Source of the DNA: Eubacteriales bacterium
GTDB lineage: Bacteria; Bacillota; Clostridia; Oscillospirales; CAG-272
Reading direction: 5' to 3'
Assembly (NCBI GenBank): GCA_045578385.1
Contig: JAZNKD010000027.1
Coordinates: forward strand, 54,560-118,559
DNA length: 64,000 nt
The translations under genes were made by a program, and so were the position numbers. Positions 48,130 to 59,797 of this stretch are shown one piece after another. Positions within the stretch are counted from its first letter, which is position 1. Every line of letters begins with the position of its first letter. The notes under the pieces are model-generated. The model saw only the letters and a list, made by a program, of their open reading frames with translations, was not told the DNA's origin and searched no databases.

Positions 48130-49248
48130 ATGAAAAGAGTATTCTTGATAGTTCTCGATTCATTCGGTATAGGCGCAGCTCCCGACGCTGCCGATTTCGG
48201 CGACGCAGGCGCTAATACGCTTAAAAGCGCGTACGAATCGGGAAAATTAAACGTTCCGAATCTCATAAAGCTGGGACTCGGAAATATAGACGGAGTTACC
48301 TGCCTTGAAAAAGAGACCGAGCCGAAAGCCGATTACGGCAGAGTTACGGAGCTAAGCAAAGGCAAGGATACCACTACGGGACACTGGGAAATCGCGGGTA
48401 TCGTCTCGCACTCTCCTATGCCGACCTACCCCGAGGGATTTCCCGAAGAAATACTAAACGCATTTGAAAAGGAAATCGGAAGAGGTGTTCTTTGCAATCT
48501 TCCCTACTCCGGCACCGACGTTATACGCGACTACGGAGAGGAACATCTTAAAACCGGTAAGCTTATAGTCTATACCTCTGCTGACAGCGTATTTCAGATA
48601 GCGGCGCACGAGGACCTCGTTCCCGTCGACGAGCTTTACGAGATATGCCGCAAGGCAAGGAATATTCTCGTTGGAGAGCACGGTGTAGGCAGAGTTATCG
48701 CAAGACCGTTCGTAGGCACGCCCGGTAACTTCAAAAGAACGGCAAACAGACGCGATTTTTCCCTTTTGCCCCCCGAGCCTACCGTTCTTGACAAGCTTAA
48801 GAACCGTGGATACGACGTTATCGGCATAGGCAAAATCGGAGATATCTTCGCTATGGCAGGAATTACCGAAACCTATCCGACACACAGTAATACGGAGGGT
48901 ATGCAGATTACAAAGGAACTATCTAAGCGAGATTTTAACGGTCTGTGCTTCGTTAACCTCGTTGACTTTGATATGCTTTACGGTCACAGGCAGGATGCCG
49001 ACGGATACGCTGCTGCGCTTTGCGAGTTTGACGAGTGGCTCGGCGATTTCATTAAAACGCTACGCGATGACGACCTTCTTATAATCACCGCAGACCACGG
49101 CTGCGACCCTTCGGACACCAGCACCGACCATACAAGAGAGTATATTCCGTTCATACTTTACGGAAACGGCCGCGGCGGTAAAAATCTCGGAACGCTCCGC
49201 GGCTTTGCCAACGTAGGAAAGGCGGCACTCGACTATCTCGGAGGTTAA
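48130..49248 (+). CDS. deoB: phosphopentomutase
   Basis: LDSFGIG, GKDTTTGHWE, YTSADSVFQ, DFDMLYGHR, TADHGCDP, DHTRE. Confidence 0.96.
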   Translation: MKRVFLIVLDSFGIGAAPDAADFGDAGANTLKSAYESGKLNVPNLIKLGLGNIDGVTCLEKETEPKADYGRVTELSKGKDTTTGHWEIAGIVSHSPMPTYPEGFPEEILNAFEKEIGRGVLCNLPYSGTDVIRDYGEEHLKTGKLIVYTSADSVFQIAAHEDLVPVDELYEICRKARNILVGEHGVGRVIARPFVGTPGNFKRTANRRDFSLLPPEPTVLDKLKNRGYDVIGIGKIGDIFAMAGITETYPTHSNTEGMQITKELSKRDFNGLCFVNLVDFDMLYGHRQDADGYAAALCEFDEWLGDFIKTLRDDDLLIITADHGCDPSDTSTDHTREYIPFILYGNGRGGKNLGTLRGFANVGKAALDYLGG

Positions 49249-49249
49249 A

Positions 49250-49666
49250 ATGAACTCAGAAAAAGCATTGGAGCTCGCAAAATGCGCCGAGCTCGCAAGA
49301 GAAAAAAGCTACAGCCCGTATTCAAGCTTTGCGGTAGGGGCGGCACTGCTTACCGCAAGCGGTGAAATCTTTACGGGCGCAAATATAGAATCTTCCTCAT
49401 ATACGCCCACGGTCTGCGCGGAGAGAGTTGCGTTTTTCAGCGCGGTGCACGCGGGTCACAGGAAATTTTCGGCAATCGCGATAACCGGCGGTAAATTGGG
49501 AGAGACTCTCTCGGATTTCTGCCCCCCGTGCGGCGTATGCCGTCAGGTTATGGCGGAATTTGCAGACGGTGATTTTGAGATAATCCTTTACGACGGAAAT
49601 GACCTGAAGATATATACTCTCTCCGAGCTTTTACCGGCAGGCTTCGGTAAAGACAATCTCAAGTAA
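49250..49666 (+). CDS. cdd: cytidine deaminase
   Basis: YSPYS.F.VGAA, CAER, PCGVCRQ. Confidence 0.94.
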   Translation: MNSEKALELAKCAELAREKSYSPYSSFAVGAALLTASGEIFTGANIESSSYTPTVCAERVAFFSAVHAGHRKFSAIAITGGKLGETLSDFCPPCGVCRQVMAEFADGDFEIILYDGNDLKIYTLSELLPAGFGKDNLK

Positions 49667-49791
49667 ATCCGTAATACGTTATATATGTGCGCTTCGTAAA
49701 ACGTCTTACAGTGAAAAACGCTTTTCAGCGTTCAATCGAACCTTTCAAAATCTTAACGAAGCAATCGCAAACCTATGCAGAGGTAATTCTT

Positions 49792-51093
49792 ATGAGAATG
49801 TACGACATAATAGAAAAGAAAAAACAGGGCTTGGAACTTGAAAAGGATGAAATTTACGAGCTTATAAGGCTTTATACGAAGGGAGATATTCCTGACTATC
49901 AGATGTCTGCTCTCCTTATGGCTATATATTTCAACGGTATGACGAAAGACGAAACTTCTAATCTTACCGACGCTATGGCAACCTCGGGAGATACTGTAAA
50001 CCTTGATATGTTCGGAGATTTAAGCGTTGACAAGCATTCTACGGGAGGTGTCGGAGATAAAACAACCCTAATAGTTACTCCGATAGTTGCCGCGGCAGGA
50101 GGTATCGTTGCAAAAATGAGCGGCAGGGGTCTCGGTCACACGGGCGGAACGGTTGACAAGCTTGAATCCTTCCCCGGATTCAGAACCTCACTCTCACCCG
50201 AGGAATTTAAAAATCAGGTTTCTAAATGCCACCTTGCAGTTATAGGTCAGAGCGCAAATCTCGCTCCCGCGGATAAAAAGCTCTACGCGTTAAGAGACGT
50301 TACTGCAACGGTTGACAGTATTCCTCTTATCGCTTCGTCGATTATGAGCAAGAAGCTCGCGGCGGGAACTCACTCTATAGTTCTTGACGTTAAATGCGGC
50401 TCGGGCGCTTTTATGTCCACGCCCGAAAAAGCGGCGGCTCTTGCGGAGGCTATGGTTGATATCGGAAAATCGAGAGGCAGACGCACTGCGGCTCTCATAA
50501 CAAATATGGATATCCCTCTCGGACACGCTATCGGAAACGCGATTGAGGTTAAAGAGGCGCTTGAAGTGCTTAAGGGCAGCGGCCCTGCCGATTTGCGCGA
50601 GGTATGCCTCGCTCTTGCGTCGGTAATGATAGAGCTTTCCTTGGGAATACCCGAAAACGACGCTAAGGCTTTGGCTGAAAAAATGCTCGCCTCGGGCAAG
50701 GCGTACGAGCAGTTCAAGACCTGGATTTCTATGCAGGGCGGAGATTCCTCATACGCTGACGATACTTCAAAATTCGGAAGCTCTCTATACGAAAAAGAGG
50801 TTGTTTCGGACTCGGACGGATATATTCTCTCCTGCAACGCGGAGGCAGTCGGAATAGCGGCAATGAAGCTTGGCGCAGGCAGAGCAACGAAGGACGACCT
50901 AATAGACCACAAGGCCGGAATATTACTCCTCAAAAAGCCCGGTGACAAGGTGTCTCGCGGCGACACCGTTGCTAAGCTCTTTACCGACAGAGAGTATGCA
51001 ATAGAAGAAGCGCGGAATATGGTACTCAGCTCGCTTAAATTCACCGATACCGAGCTTCCCGAAGCGAAGATGATATACGAAGTTATCAAATAA
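49792..51093 (+). CDS. pdp: pyrimidine-nucleoside phosphorylase
   Basis: MRMYDIIEKK, DKHSTGGVGDK, KMSGRGLGHTGGT.DKLES, SSIMSKK. Confidence 0.95.
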   Translation: MRMYDIIEKKKQGLELEKDEIYELIRLYTKGDIPDYQMSALLMAIYFNGMTKDETSNLTDAMATSGDTVNLDMFGDLSVDKHSTGGVGDKTTLIVTPIVAAAGGIVAKMSGRGLGHTGGTVDKLESFPGFRTSLSPEEFKNQVSKCHLAVIGQSANLAPADKKLYALRDVTATVDSIPLIASSIMSKKLAAGTHSIVLDVKCGSGAFMSTPEKAAALAEAMVDIGKSRGRRTAALITNMDIPLGHAIGNAIEVKEALEVLKGSGPADLREVCLALASVMIELSLGIPENDAKALAEKMLASGKAYEQFKTWISMQGGDSSYADDTSKFGSSLYEKEVVSDSDGYILSCNAEAVGIAAMKLGAGRATKDDLIDHKAGILLLKKPGDKVSRGDTVAKLFTDREYAIEEARNMVLSSLKFTDTELPEAKMIYEVIK

Positions 51094-51105
51094 ATGGAGA
51101 ATTCT

Positions 51106-51723
51106 ATGAAAAAGATTATGATTATCGGTATCGCAGGCGGGTCGGGCAGCGGTAAAACGACGCTTGCAAAAAATATCGCGGCGCATTTCGGTGAAAAAAT
51201 ATCTGTACTGAGACACGATGATTATTACAGAGCTCAATCGGACATAAGTGTTGAAGAAAGAGCGCGTATGAATTACGACCACCCCGACGCGTTCGATACG
51301 AAGCTGCTTATAAAGCATCTTCGCGCACTGAAAAACGGACAGGCGGTTGACTCTCCCGTATATGATTACAAGATACACGACAGAAGCCGTGATATAAGGC
51401 GCGTTGAAGCATCAAGCGTTATTATTCTCGAGGGAATTCTCATATTTGAAAACAAGGATCTGCTCGACCTCTTTGATATGAAAATATTCGTTGATACAGA
51501 CCCCGACGTAAGAATAATACGCAGAATCGTGCGCGATGTTAAAAAGAGAGGACGAACGCTTGATTCGGTTATTGAGCAATATCTCTCAACCGTTAAGCCT
51601 ATGCACGAGGCATTCGTTGAGCCAAGCAAAAAAAATGCCGACATAATAATTCCCGAGGGCGGTAACAATCCCGTCGCTTACGGAATGATAATCGACAAAA
51701 TAGAAAAGCACCTTGTCAATTAA
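51106..51723 (+). CDS. udk: uridine kinase
   Basis: GIAGGSGSGKTT, DDYY, NYDHP.AFD, EGIL, RD...RGR; GGAG before ATG 51106 (alternative start 51094). Confidence 0.95.
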   Translation: MKKIMIIGIAGGSGSGKTTLAKNIAAHFGEKISVLRHDDYYRAQSDISVEERARMNYDHPDAFDTKLLIKHLRALKNGQAVDSPVYDYKIHDRSRDIRRVEASSVIILEGILIFENKDLLDLFDMKIFVDTDPDVRIIRRIVRDVKKRGRTLDSVIEQYLSTVKPMHEAFVEPSKKNADIIIPEGGNNPVAYGMIIDKIEKHLVN

Positions 51724-51768
51724 TTAACTAATTTAAAGATTAATTTACAAGTTAAATAAATAAAACCG

Positions 51769-51797
51769 TTGCATTTTATATTCAAAAATTGTAGAAT
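51769..51797 (+). promoter_or_regulatory. probable atp operon promoter
   Basis: TTGCAT-17-TAGAAT. Confidence 0.5.
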
Positions 51798-51864
51798 AAA
51801 TATGAACTTTTTGTTAAGTTAGACAAAAATCGAATTAACTAGTCTTATGAACCAAGGGAGAGCT

Positions 51865-52140
51865 ATGAAAAACGGATACAGTAAATTCATATCCCCGCTC
51901 TACGTTATAAACATTATTTTTCAAGCTATAATCAGTTTGCTTTCTCCGATAGCAGTAATGCTTTTGTTTGCATATCTGCTTACTGAATACGCTTCGGCGG
52001 GGAATTGGGCATACGTTGTGTTTATAATGCTCGGAGTTTTTTCGGGACTTTATTCGATGGTAATCTTCATATTGCGCTCGTCAAAGGCTCTTGAAGCTAT
52101 CGAGCGTCAGCACAAAGAAAAGGAGGAAGACCGAAAGTAA
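51865..52140 (+). CDS. AtpZ/AtpI-family small membrane protein
   Basis: Two TM helices; first gene of atp operon. Confidence 0.65.
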   Translation: MKNGYSKFISPLYVINIIFQAIISLLSPIAVMLLFAYLLTEYASAGNWAYVVFIMLGVFSGLYSMVIFILRSSKALEAIERQHKEKEEDRK

Positions 52141-52141
52141 A

Positions 52142-52675
52142 ATGAACTCAAATAAAATACCGCTTCGCGAGGTCGTAGCAACAGCCGTCGGTGAAGTTAT
52201 CGTCGGCGCTTTGATATGCCTTGTGTTTTTACTGTGCGGAAAATACGATTACAGAGTTTTACTCGGCGCGGCGCTTGGTGTTTTGGTTACCGTCGCGAAT
52301 TTTCTGTTCCTTTGCATAACGGTAAACAAAGCGCTTGACAGGTGCCTTGCAAGCTTTAATCCGACGCTTACCGAAAAAACGGCAGAGCCTATAGTTATCG
52401 AGCCTGCCGAGGCTTGCGGCGAAGAAAGCTATAACGAAGAAAATGCCGACGAGCCTTACGATGACGAAGCAGCAAAATTCGCCAGAGAAAACGTCGGAAA
52501 GCTGCAAAACGCCATAAAGATTTCATATATTGTAAGAATGGGTACGGTTATAGCGTCTCTCGTGATTGCTCTTACCACAAAGCAATTCAACGTGATAGCT
52601 ACGGTGATACCGCTTCTATGCCTGCGTCCGATACTCACCGTATCGGAAATGATTAAAAGAAAGGAGAAAAAGTGA
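52142..52675 (+). CDS. atpI: ATP synthase protein I
   Basis: Four TM, GAALG...NF motif; precedes atpB; AGGAGG RBS. Confidence 0.75.
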   Translation: MNSNKIPLREVVATAVGEVIVGALICLVFLLCGKYDYRVLLGAALGVLVTVANFLFLCITVNKALDRCLASFNPTLTEKTAEPIVIEPAEACGEESYNEENADEPYDDEAAKFARENVGKLQNAIKISYIVRMGTVIASLVIALTTKQFNVIATVIPLLCLRPILTVSEMIKRKEKK

Positions 52676-52678
52676 TTT

Positions 52679-53449
52679 ATGGATATAAACGTAAGCGGCG
52701 CGAAGATATTCTTCGAAATAGATATTTTCGGCATTACGATAAAAATCACCCAAACGGCAATTTCACTTCTTGCCGTAACTATCCTTTTGATTACCGCGGC
52801 GTACTTTCTGGGAAGAAATCTTAAGAAGCGTCCCGGAAGGCTTCAGGTTGTAACCGAAAAGCTCGTGACTATGCTCTACAATATGGTAGAGGACACGATG
52901 GGTAAGCATAACGCGAGGTTTGCGCCGTTTATCGGAACGCTTTTCCTCTCCTCAGTAATAGGAACTCTTCTCGGAATGACTCAGATATTCCGTTCAACTA
53001 CGGCAGACCTCTCTGTGACGCTCGCTTGGGCGCTCGTTACGTCGGTGATGGTCTGGTATTCTAACATAAAGAACTTCGGATTCAAGGCGTGGCTCAAGGG
53101 CTTTACCGAGCCTATCGTGGTTATGACGCCTATGAACATAGTTTCTGAAATAGCGCAGCCTATTTCTCTCGCCTTCCGTCACTTCGGTAACGTTGCGGGC
53201 GGCGGAGTTCTTACGTCCTTGATTTACGCAGCTCTGGCTATGGTATCAAGCATCGTATTCGGTTGGCTGCCGGGGCTTTTAGGCGAAATTCCCTTCTTCA
53301 CGGCAGGTATACCTGCATTCCTTTCCATATACTTCGACTTATTCTCGGGATTCGTTCAAGCCCTCGTATTCTCGCTTCTGACGATGGTTTACGTTGGAAC
53401 GGCAAATCCGCCCCCCGAGGAGATTGCGGCACCAAAGGAAAACGCCTAA
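52679..53449 (+). CDS. atpB: ATP synthase Fo subunit a
   Basis: PGRLQ..E, TADL..T, P.N..SE...PISLAFRHFGN, GFVQALVF. Confidence 0.93.
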   Translation: MDINVSGAKIFFEIDIFGITIKITQTAISLLAVTILLITAAYFLGRNLKKRPGRLQVVTEKLVTMLYNMVEDTMGKHNARFAPFIGTLFLSSVIGTLLGMTQIFRSTTADLSVTLAWALVTSVMVWYSNIKNFGFKAWLKGFTEPIVVMTPMNIVSEIAQPISLAFRHFGNVAGGGVLTSLIYAALAMVSSIVFGWLPGLLGEIPFFTAGIPAFLSIYFDLFSGFVQALVFSLLTMVYVGTANPPPEEIAAPKENA

Positions 53450-53498
53450 TCTATGCGATTAAACTGTGATTTTTATAGAAAATAAAAATAAAAACTAA

Positions 53499-53777
<279 letters not shown>

Positions 53778-53819
53778 TTCTAAAAACATTCGAAAAAAGA
53801 ACGTATTAAGGAGAAACAA

Positions 53820-54338
53820 ATGAGGGTTGTATTTGACCAGTTCGAAGCCTTTGTAGGCGTGAACTTCTTTACCATGATATTTGCATGGATAAACCTTGTC
53901 ATACTTTATGTTTTTCTGAAAAAGCTTTTGTTTAAGCCCGTCAAGAATATGATTGACTCAAGACAAAAGGAAATCGACGATATGTATTCGGATGCCGAAA
54001 GCTCAAAGCAATCCGCCGAAGAGATGAAGGCTGAATACGAGGAAAAAATTTCTCACGCAAACGAGGAACGCGAGGAAATTCTCCGCCGCGCTGTAAGGCA
54101 GGCAGAGCTTCGCGAGGAAGAAATTCTTAAGGATGCAAACGAAAAGGCGGCAAGAACGCTCGAACGCGCCGAGGAGCAGATAGAGCTTGAGAAAAAACGC
54201 GCGATAAACGACGTTAAGAATGAGGTTTCGGCTATCGCGATAGATATTGCCGAGGCTGTTATCGAACGCGACATCAACAAAGCCGACCACGATGCGCTTA
54301 TCGATGAATTTATCGACAAGCTTGGTGAAAGCGTATGA
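53820..54338 (+). CDS. atpF: ATP synthase Fo subunit b
   Basis: N-terminal TM, FKPV...I..RQ..I, long coiled coil. Confidence 0.93.
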   Translation: MRVVFDQFEAFVGVNFFTMIFAWINLVILYVFLKKLLFKPVKNMIDSRQKEIDDMYSDAESSKQSAEEMKAEYEEKISHANEEREEILRRAVRQAELREEEILKDANEKAARTLERAEEQIELEKKRAINDVKNEVSAIAIDIAEAVIERDINKADHDALIDEFIDKLGESV

Positions 54339-54868
54339 CGGGCGCGGCAAATTACGCGGAAGCTTTATTCTCTCTTTCCGAGGAGCTTCACGAAACCGAG
54401 GCGGTGCTTTCGGATATAAAAGCCGCAAACTCCATTCTTGCATCAAATCCCGATTATTTTAAGCTTGCGGATACGCCCGCTATAGGAGTGCCCGAAAAGC
54501 TGAAGCTTATCGGAGCTGCCTTCGCGTCTGTTAACGAGACGGTGAGAAATCTTCTCTTCGTGCTTTGCGAAAAGCATTCGGTTCATCTTTTCCCCGAAAT
54601 TGCGAAGGAATACATTTCTCTTTACAACGAAAGCCGCGGAATATGCTCTGCTGAGGTAACGAGCGCGGTCGCGCTCTCCGCTGAGCAGTTAAATAAAATC
54701 AGAATCAAACTTGAACAAATGACAGGTAAGACCATAGTAATCAATAACCAAATCGACCGCGGATTGCTCGGCGGAATCAAGCTTGCCGTTATGGGTAAAC
54801 AGCTTGACGCCTCGCTTAAAGCAAGACTTGCGTCGATTGAAAGCGGTCTTAAAACTACTATACTTTAA
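54335..54868 (+). CDS. atpH: ATP synthase F1 delta
   Basis: YAEALF, VTSAV.L, LLGGI, D.SL. Confidence 0.92.
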   Translation: MTGAANYAEALFSLSEELHETEAVLSDIKAANSILASNPDYFKLADTPAIGVPEKLKLIGAAFASVNETVRNLLFVLCEKHSVHLFPEIAKEYISLYNESRGICSAEVTSAVALSAEQLNKIRIKLEQMTGKTIVINNQIDRGLLGGIKLAVMGKQLDASLKARLASIESGLKTTIL

Positions 54869-54888
54869 ATCAAAGAGTTGGTGATACA

Positions 54889-56397
54889 ATGCAGTCAAAA
54901 ATCGAAGATATCAGCAAAATCATAAAAGAGCAAATCCGTAACTACTCAAAGAAAATCGAGCAGGACGAGATTGGCTACGTAATATCCGTAGGTGACGGTA
55001 TTGCTAAGGTTCACGGTATTGACAAGTGCCGAGCTAACGAGCTTCTTGAATTCACAAACGGAACTTACGGTATGGCGCTTAACCTTGAAGAGAACTTTAT
55101 TTCCGCAGTTCTTCTCGGAAATGACGTCGGAATCAGCGAGGGCAGCGTCGTTAAAAGAACGGGCCGCGTCGTATCCGTTCCCGTCGGCGAAAATCTCATC
55201 GGCCGCGTAGTAAACGCTCTCGGTGAGCCTATCGACGGAAAAGGTCCTATTTCTTCTTCGGAATACAGACCGATAGAACGCCGCGCTTACGGCATAATTG
55301 AAAGAAAATCGGTATCCGTTCCTCTTGAAACGGGTATCAAGGCTATAGACGCTATGATTCCTATCGGCAGAGGTCAGCGTGAGCTTATTATAGGTGACAG
55401 GCAGACGGGTAAAACCGTTATCGCAACCGATACTATCATAAACCAAAAAGGAAAGAACGTTATATGCATTTACGTAGCTATCGGTCAGAAGCAGTCAACC
55501 GTTACGAACGTAGTTGATACGCTTTATCAGAACGGCGCTATGGATTATACTATCGTCGTTTCCGCTACTGCCGCAGAGTCTGCGCCCTTGCAGTATATAG
55601 CCCCCTACTCCGGCTGCTCTATGGGCGAATACTTTATGGATAAGGGACGCGACGTGCTTATAATATACGACGACCTTTCTAAGCACGCAGTTGCATACAG
55701 AGCTCTATCTCTGCTTATCAGAAGACCGCCCGGCAGAGAGGCTTATCCCGGCGACGTATTCTACCTGCACTCGCGTTTGCTTGAACGCGCGGCAAGACTC
55801 GCTCCCGAGTACGGAGGAGGCTCGCTTACAGCGCTTCCCATTATCGAAACTCAGGCAGGTGACGTTTCCGCTTACATTCCCACTAACGTTATTTCAATCA
55901 CGGATGGACAGATATTCCTCGAATCCGAGCTTTTCCATTCGGGCATACGCCCTGCTGTTAACCCCGGTATCTCGGTTTCCAGAGTCGGCGGTAACGCGCA
56001 GATTAAGGCTATGAAAAAGGTTGCGGGCTCGCTTAAGCTTCTCTACTCCCAGTACAGAGAGCTTCAAGGCTTTGCTCAGTTCGGCTCGGACCTTGACAAA
56101 GATACTATGGCAAGACTTGAGCAGGGTAAGCGTATCGTAGAGGTTCTTAAGCAAAAAAGGAACTCTCCCGTTGCAATCGAGCTTCAGATAGCTATAATCT
56201 ACGCCGTTGTTAACAATCTTCTTTCGGACGTTGCGGTTTCACGCATTTCCGATTTTGAGCGCGAGCTTTCGGAATATCTTGTTGCAACCAAAGAGGATTT
56301 GCTTGCAGAAATCAGAACAAGCGGTACTCTTTCCGCCGAAATTGAAAAAGAGCTTAAGGAAGCAATTATAGCTTGCAAAACGAAGTTTCTTGGTTGA
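54889..56397 (+). CDS. atpA: ATP synthase F1 alpha
   Basis: [34 protein letters not shown]. Confidence 0.98.
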   Translation: MQSKIEDISKIIKEQIRNYSKKIEQDEIGYVISVGDGIAKVHGIDKCRANELLEFTNGTYGMALNLEENFISAVLLGNDVGISEGSVVKRTGRVVSVPVGENLIGRVVNALGEPIDGKGPISSSEYRPIERRAYGIIERKSVSVPLETGIKAIDAMIPIGRGQRELIIGDRQTGKTVIATDTIINQKGKNVICIYVAIGQKQSTVTNVVDTLYQNGAMDYTIVVSATAAESAPLQYIAPYSGCSMGEYFMDKGRDVLIIYDDLSKHAVAYRALSLLIRRPPGREAYPGDVFYLHSRLLERAARLAPEYGGGSLTALPIIETQAGDVSAYIPTNVISITDGQIFLESELFHSGIRPAVNPGISVSRVGGNAQIKAMKKVAGSLKLLYSQYRELQGFAQFGSDLDKDTMARLEQGKRIVEVLKQKRNSPVAIELQIAIIYAVVNNLLSDVAVSRISDFERELSEYLVATKEDLLAEIRTSGTLSAEIEKELKEAIIACKTKFLG

Positions 56398-56465
56398 TTT
56401 GTAAATACTTGTTTTCAAATTATCTATTTACAATGCTAAAATTAATCAAGAGGAGGTAATGTTCA

Positions 56466-57305
56466 TTGGCGAGCGCACAGATAAATGATATAAAAGCGCG
56501 CATAAAAAGCGTTCACGGAACGATGCAGATTACCAAGGCAATGGAGCTCGTTGCCACCTCTAAGCTACGTTATCTCAAGGAGCGTGCGGAGGGCACAAAG
56601 CCCTATATGCAGATTTTGATAAACGCAATAGGACGCATTTCGGATTATCTGCCAAAGGGAGAATCGGTTTACTCCGAGATGCGCGACGGAAGGACTCTTT
56701 TCATCGTTATAGCAGGTGACAGAGGACTTGCAGGCGGATATAACAGCAATATATTAAAGCTTGCATATTCGCTTGACACAGACGGTCGCGGTATATACGT
56801 TCCTATAGGAAAAAAAGCCGTTGACAGCGCCTTGAGAAAAGAAAAGGATATCTTCACCGAGGAACTCGCATCTGTTGCCGAGGCGGGAGTTGGCGATTGT
56901 GCAAAGCTAGCTTCAAAAATTGCCGAGGGGTATCTTAACGGAGAGTTTACGAGAGTTAAGCTTATTTACACACGCTTTGCCTCTATGCTCACTCAGATTC
57001 CTACGGAAGTGGATATTTTACCTTTAAACGCAGGGCAGTCCGAGACGTCGGGCGAGCCCATATACGAAGGTGACGTAGAGGATATAATCAACAAAATCGT
57101 TCCCCAATATATAGGCGGCGCAATTTACGCTGCGATTTGCGAGGCTTCGGCTTCCGAATGCGCCGCGAGAAGAACCGCTATGAACTCGGCAAATAAAAAC
57201 GCCGAGGAAATGATAAACTCTCTGACTCTAAGCTTCAACAGAGCGCGTCAGGCGGTTATCACTCAGGAAATCACCGAAATCGTTTCGGGCGCGGAAGCGC
57301 TTTGA
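56466..57305 (+). CDS. atpG: ATP synthase F1 gamma
   Basis: QITKAMELVA, DRGLAGGYN, RQAVITQEITEIVSGA; TTG after GGAGG. Confidence 0.96.
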   Translation: MASAQINDIKARIKSVHGTMQITKAMELVATSKLRYLKERAEGTKPYMQILINAIGRISDYLPKGESVYSEMRDGRTLFIVIAGDRGLAGGYNSNILKLAYSLDTDGRGIYVPIGKKAVDSALRKEKDIFTEELASVAEAGVGDCAKLASKIAEGYLNGEFTRVKLIYTRFASMLTQIPTEVDILPLNAGQSETSGEPIYEGDVEDIINKIVPQYIGGAIYAAICEASASECAARRTAMNSANKNAEEMINSLTLSFNRARQAVITQEITEIVSGAEAL

Positions 57306-58733
<1,428 letters not shown>

Positions 58734-58744
58734 GTAGAATATAT

Positions 58745-59152
58745 ATGAACAACTTATATATAGAAATCGTTTGCCCGGACAGAGAGCTTTTTTCGGGTGA
58801 GGCAAAGAGCATACTCGTAACTACCGACAACGGCGAAATGCAGATTATGCGAGGACATACAGACCTTCTTGCCTCTCTTAAGACCGGAAAAGCCAAGCTG
58901 ACGTTATCCGACGGAAGCGAAAGAACGGCGGCAGCCTCAGGAGGCTTCGTGCTTGTATCCGACGGTCGTGTCAAGGTAGTTACTACCACTTTCGAATGGA
59001 AGGATATGATAGACCTTGAACGAGCGCGTCTTGCAAAAGATTCCGCAGAGCAAAGACTGAAAAATGCAAAGGACGACAAGGAATTTGCAATAGCAAAAGC
59101 AAAGCTTGAGCGAGCTATCAGCCGAATCAGCGTTGCAAGCGCAAAACAATAA
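58745..59152 (+). CDS. atpC: ATP synthase F1 epsilon
   Basis: EIV.PD, G...I..GH, SGGF, ID.ERA..A, L.RA..R. Confidence 0.94.
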   Translation: MNNLYIEIVCPDRELFSGEAKSILVTTDNGEMQIMRGHTDLLASLKTGKAKLTLSDGSERTAAASGGFVLVSDGRVKVVTTTFEWKDMIDLERARLAKDSAEQRLKNAKDDKEFAIAKAKLERAISRISVASAKQ

Positions 59153-59175
59153 AGCTTTTCAACAAAGCCTATGTC

Positions 59176-59223
59176 AAAAACAGAGGTCAGTTCAAAATCT
59201 TACTGAACTGACCTCTGTTTTTT
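59176..59223 (+). terminator. atp operon terminator
   Basis: AAAAACAGAGGTCAGTTCA...TGAACTGACCTCTGTTTTTT. Confidence 0.85.
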
Positions 59224-59265
59224 AATATTCATTAACACATAGAAATTGTTATTGACTATTTCGCT

Positions 59266-59364
59266 CATATCGAATTTCCGGCAATATATCGAGCTTGAGC
59301 GTAGCGAAAGCATATCGAGTTGCATCAGCAACATATCGAAAATCTCATCAGGGATTTATCTCGA
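59266..59364. repeat. array of five ATATCGA-like motifs separated by short hairpins
   Basis: ATATCGA at 59267, 59286, 59312, 59333 and ATCTCGA at 59358. Confidence 0.75.
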
Positions 59365-59797
59365 TGCGTGATTATCCGTTAAGGGCATACCCATTCTATT
59401 TAAGTTTTTATTTACCTAAATCGATATTGAGGATTGCAGGTGTTGCACCCGTTGTGTACTGGTGTTACACGGTATTACGTAAACATCTCTGTAAACAACC
59501 TCCTTATTTTCCGAGTTATCAGGTTTTTCCGTATCAGCGCTTCCGCCCTCACCGTCGGGGGTGTTGGTGTCTGTATTGTTGCTTGGCTTATCTGTTTCAT
59601 TGTTATATCCGATGCTTTATCTGAGTACTTTAACGCGCAACACCTATAAATTGCAAATACAGGGACGATTTCACGGTAACCCTCAAAAATCCGAATCTAT
59701 ATTACAATTCAAAAGAGAGAACAAATCGTTTTTCCGAAATGCCCTCTCTTTTCTGTTATTAAGCCTAAATATTCTGTTTTTTACAGAGTCTGAAGGT

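Noticed and set aside
51713..51730. Rex-like site TTGTCAA-TTAA-TTAACTA upstream of atp
   Set aside because: Two mismatches in very AT-rich DNA and overlaps the udk stop codon; not distinguishable from chance.
59266..59364. CRISPR array
   Set aside because: Repeat is only 7 bp, spacers are 12-19 bp, and no cas genes are in the window.
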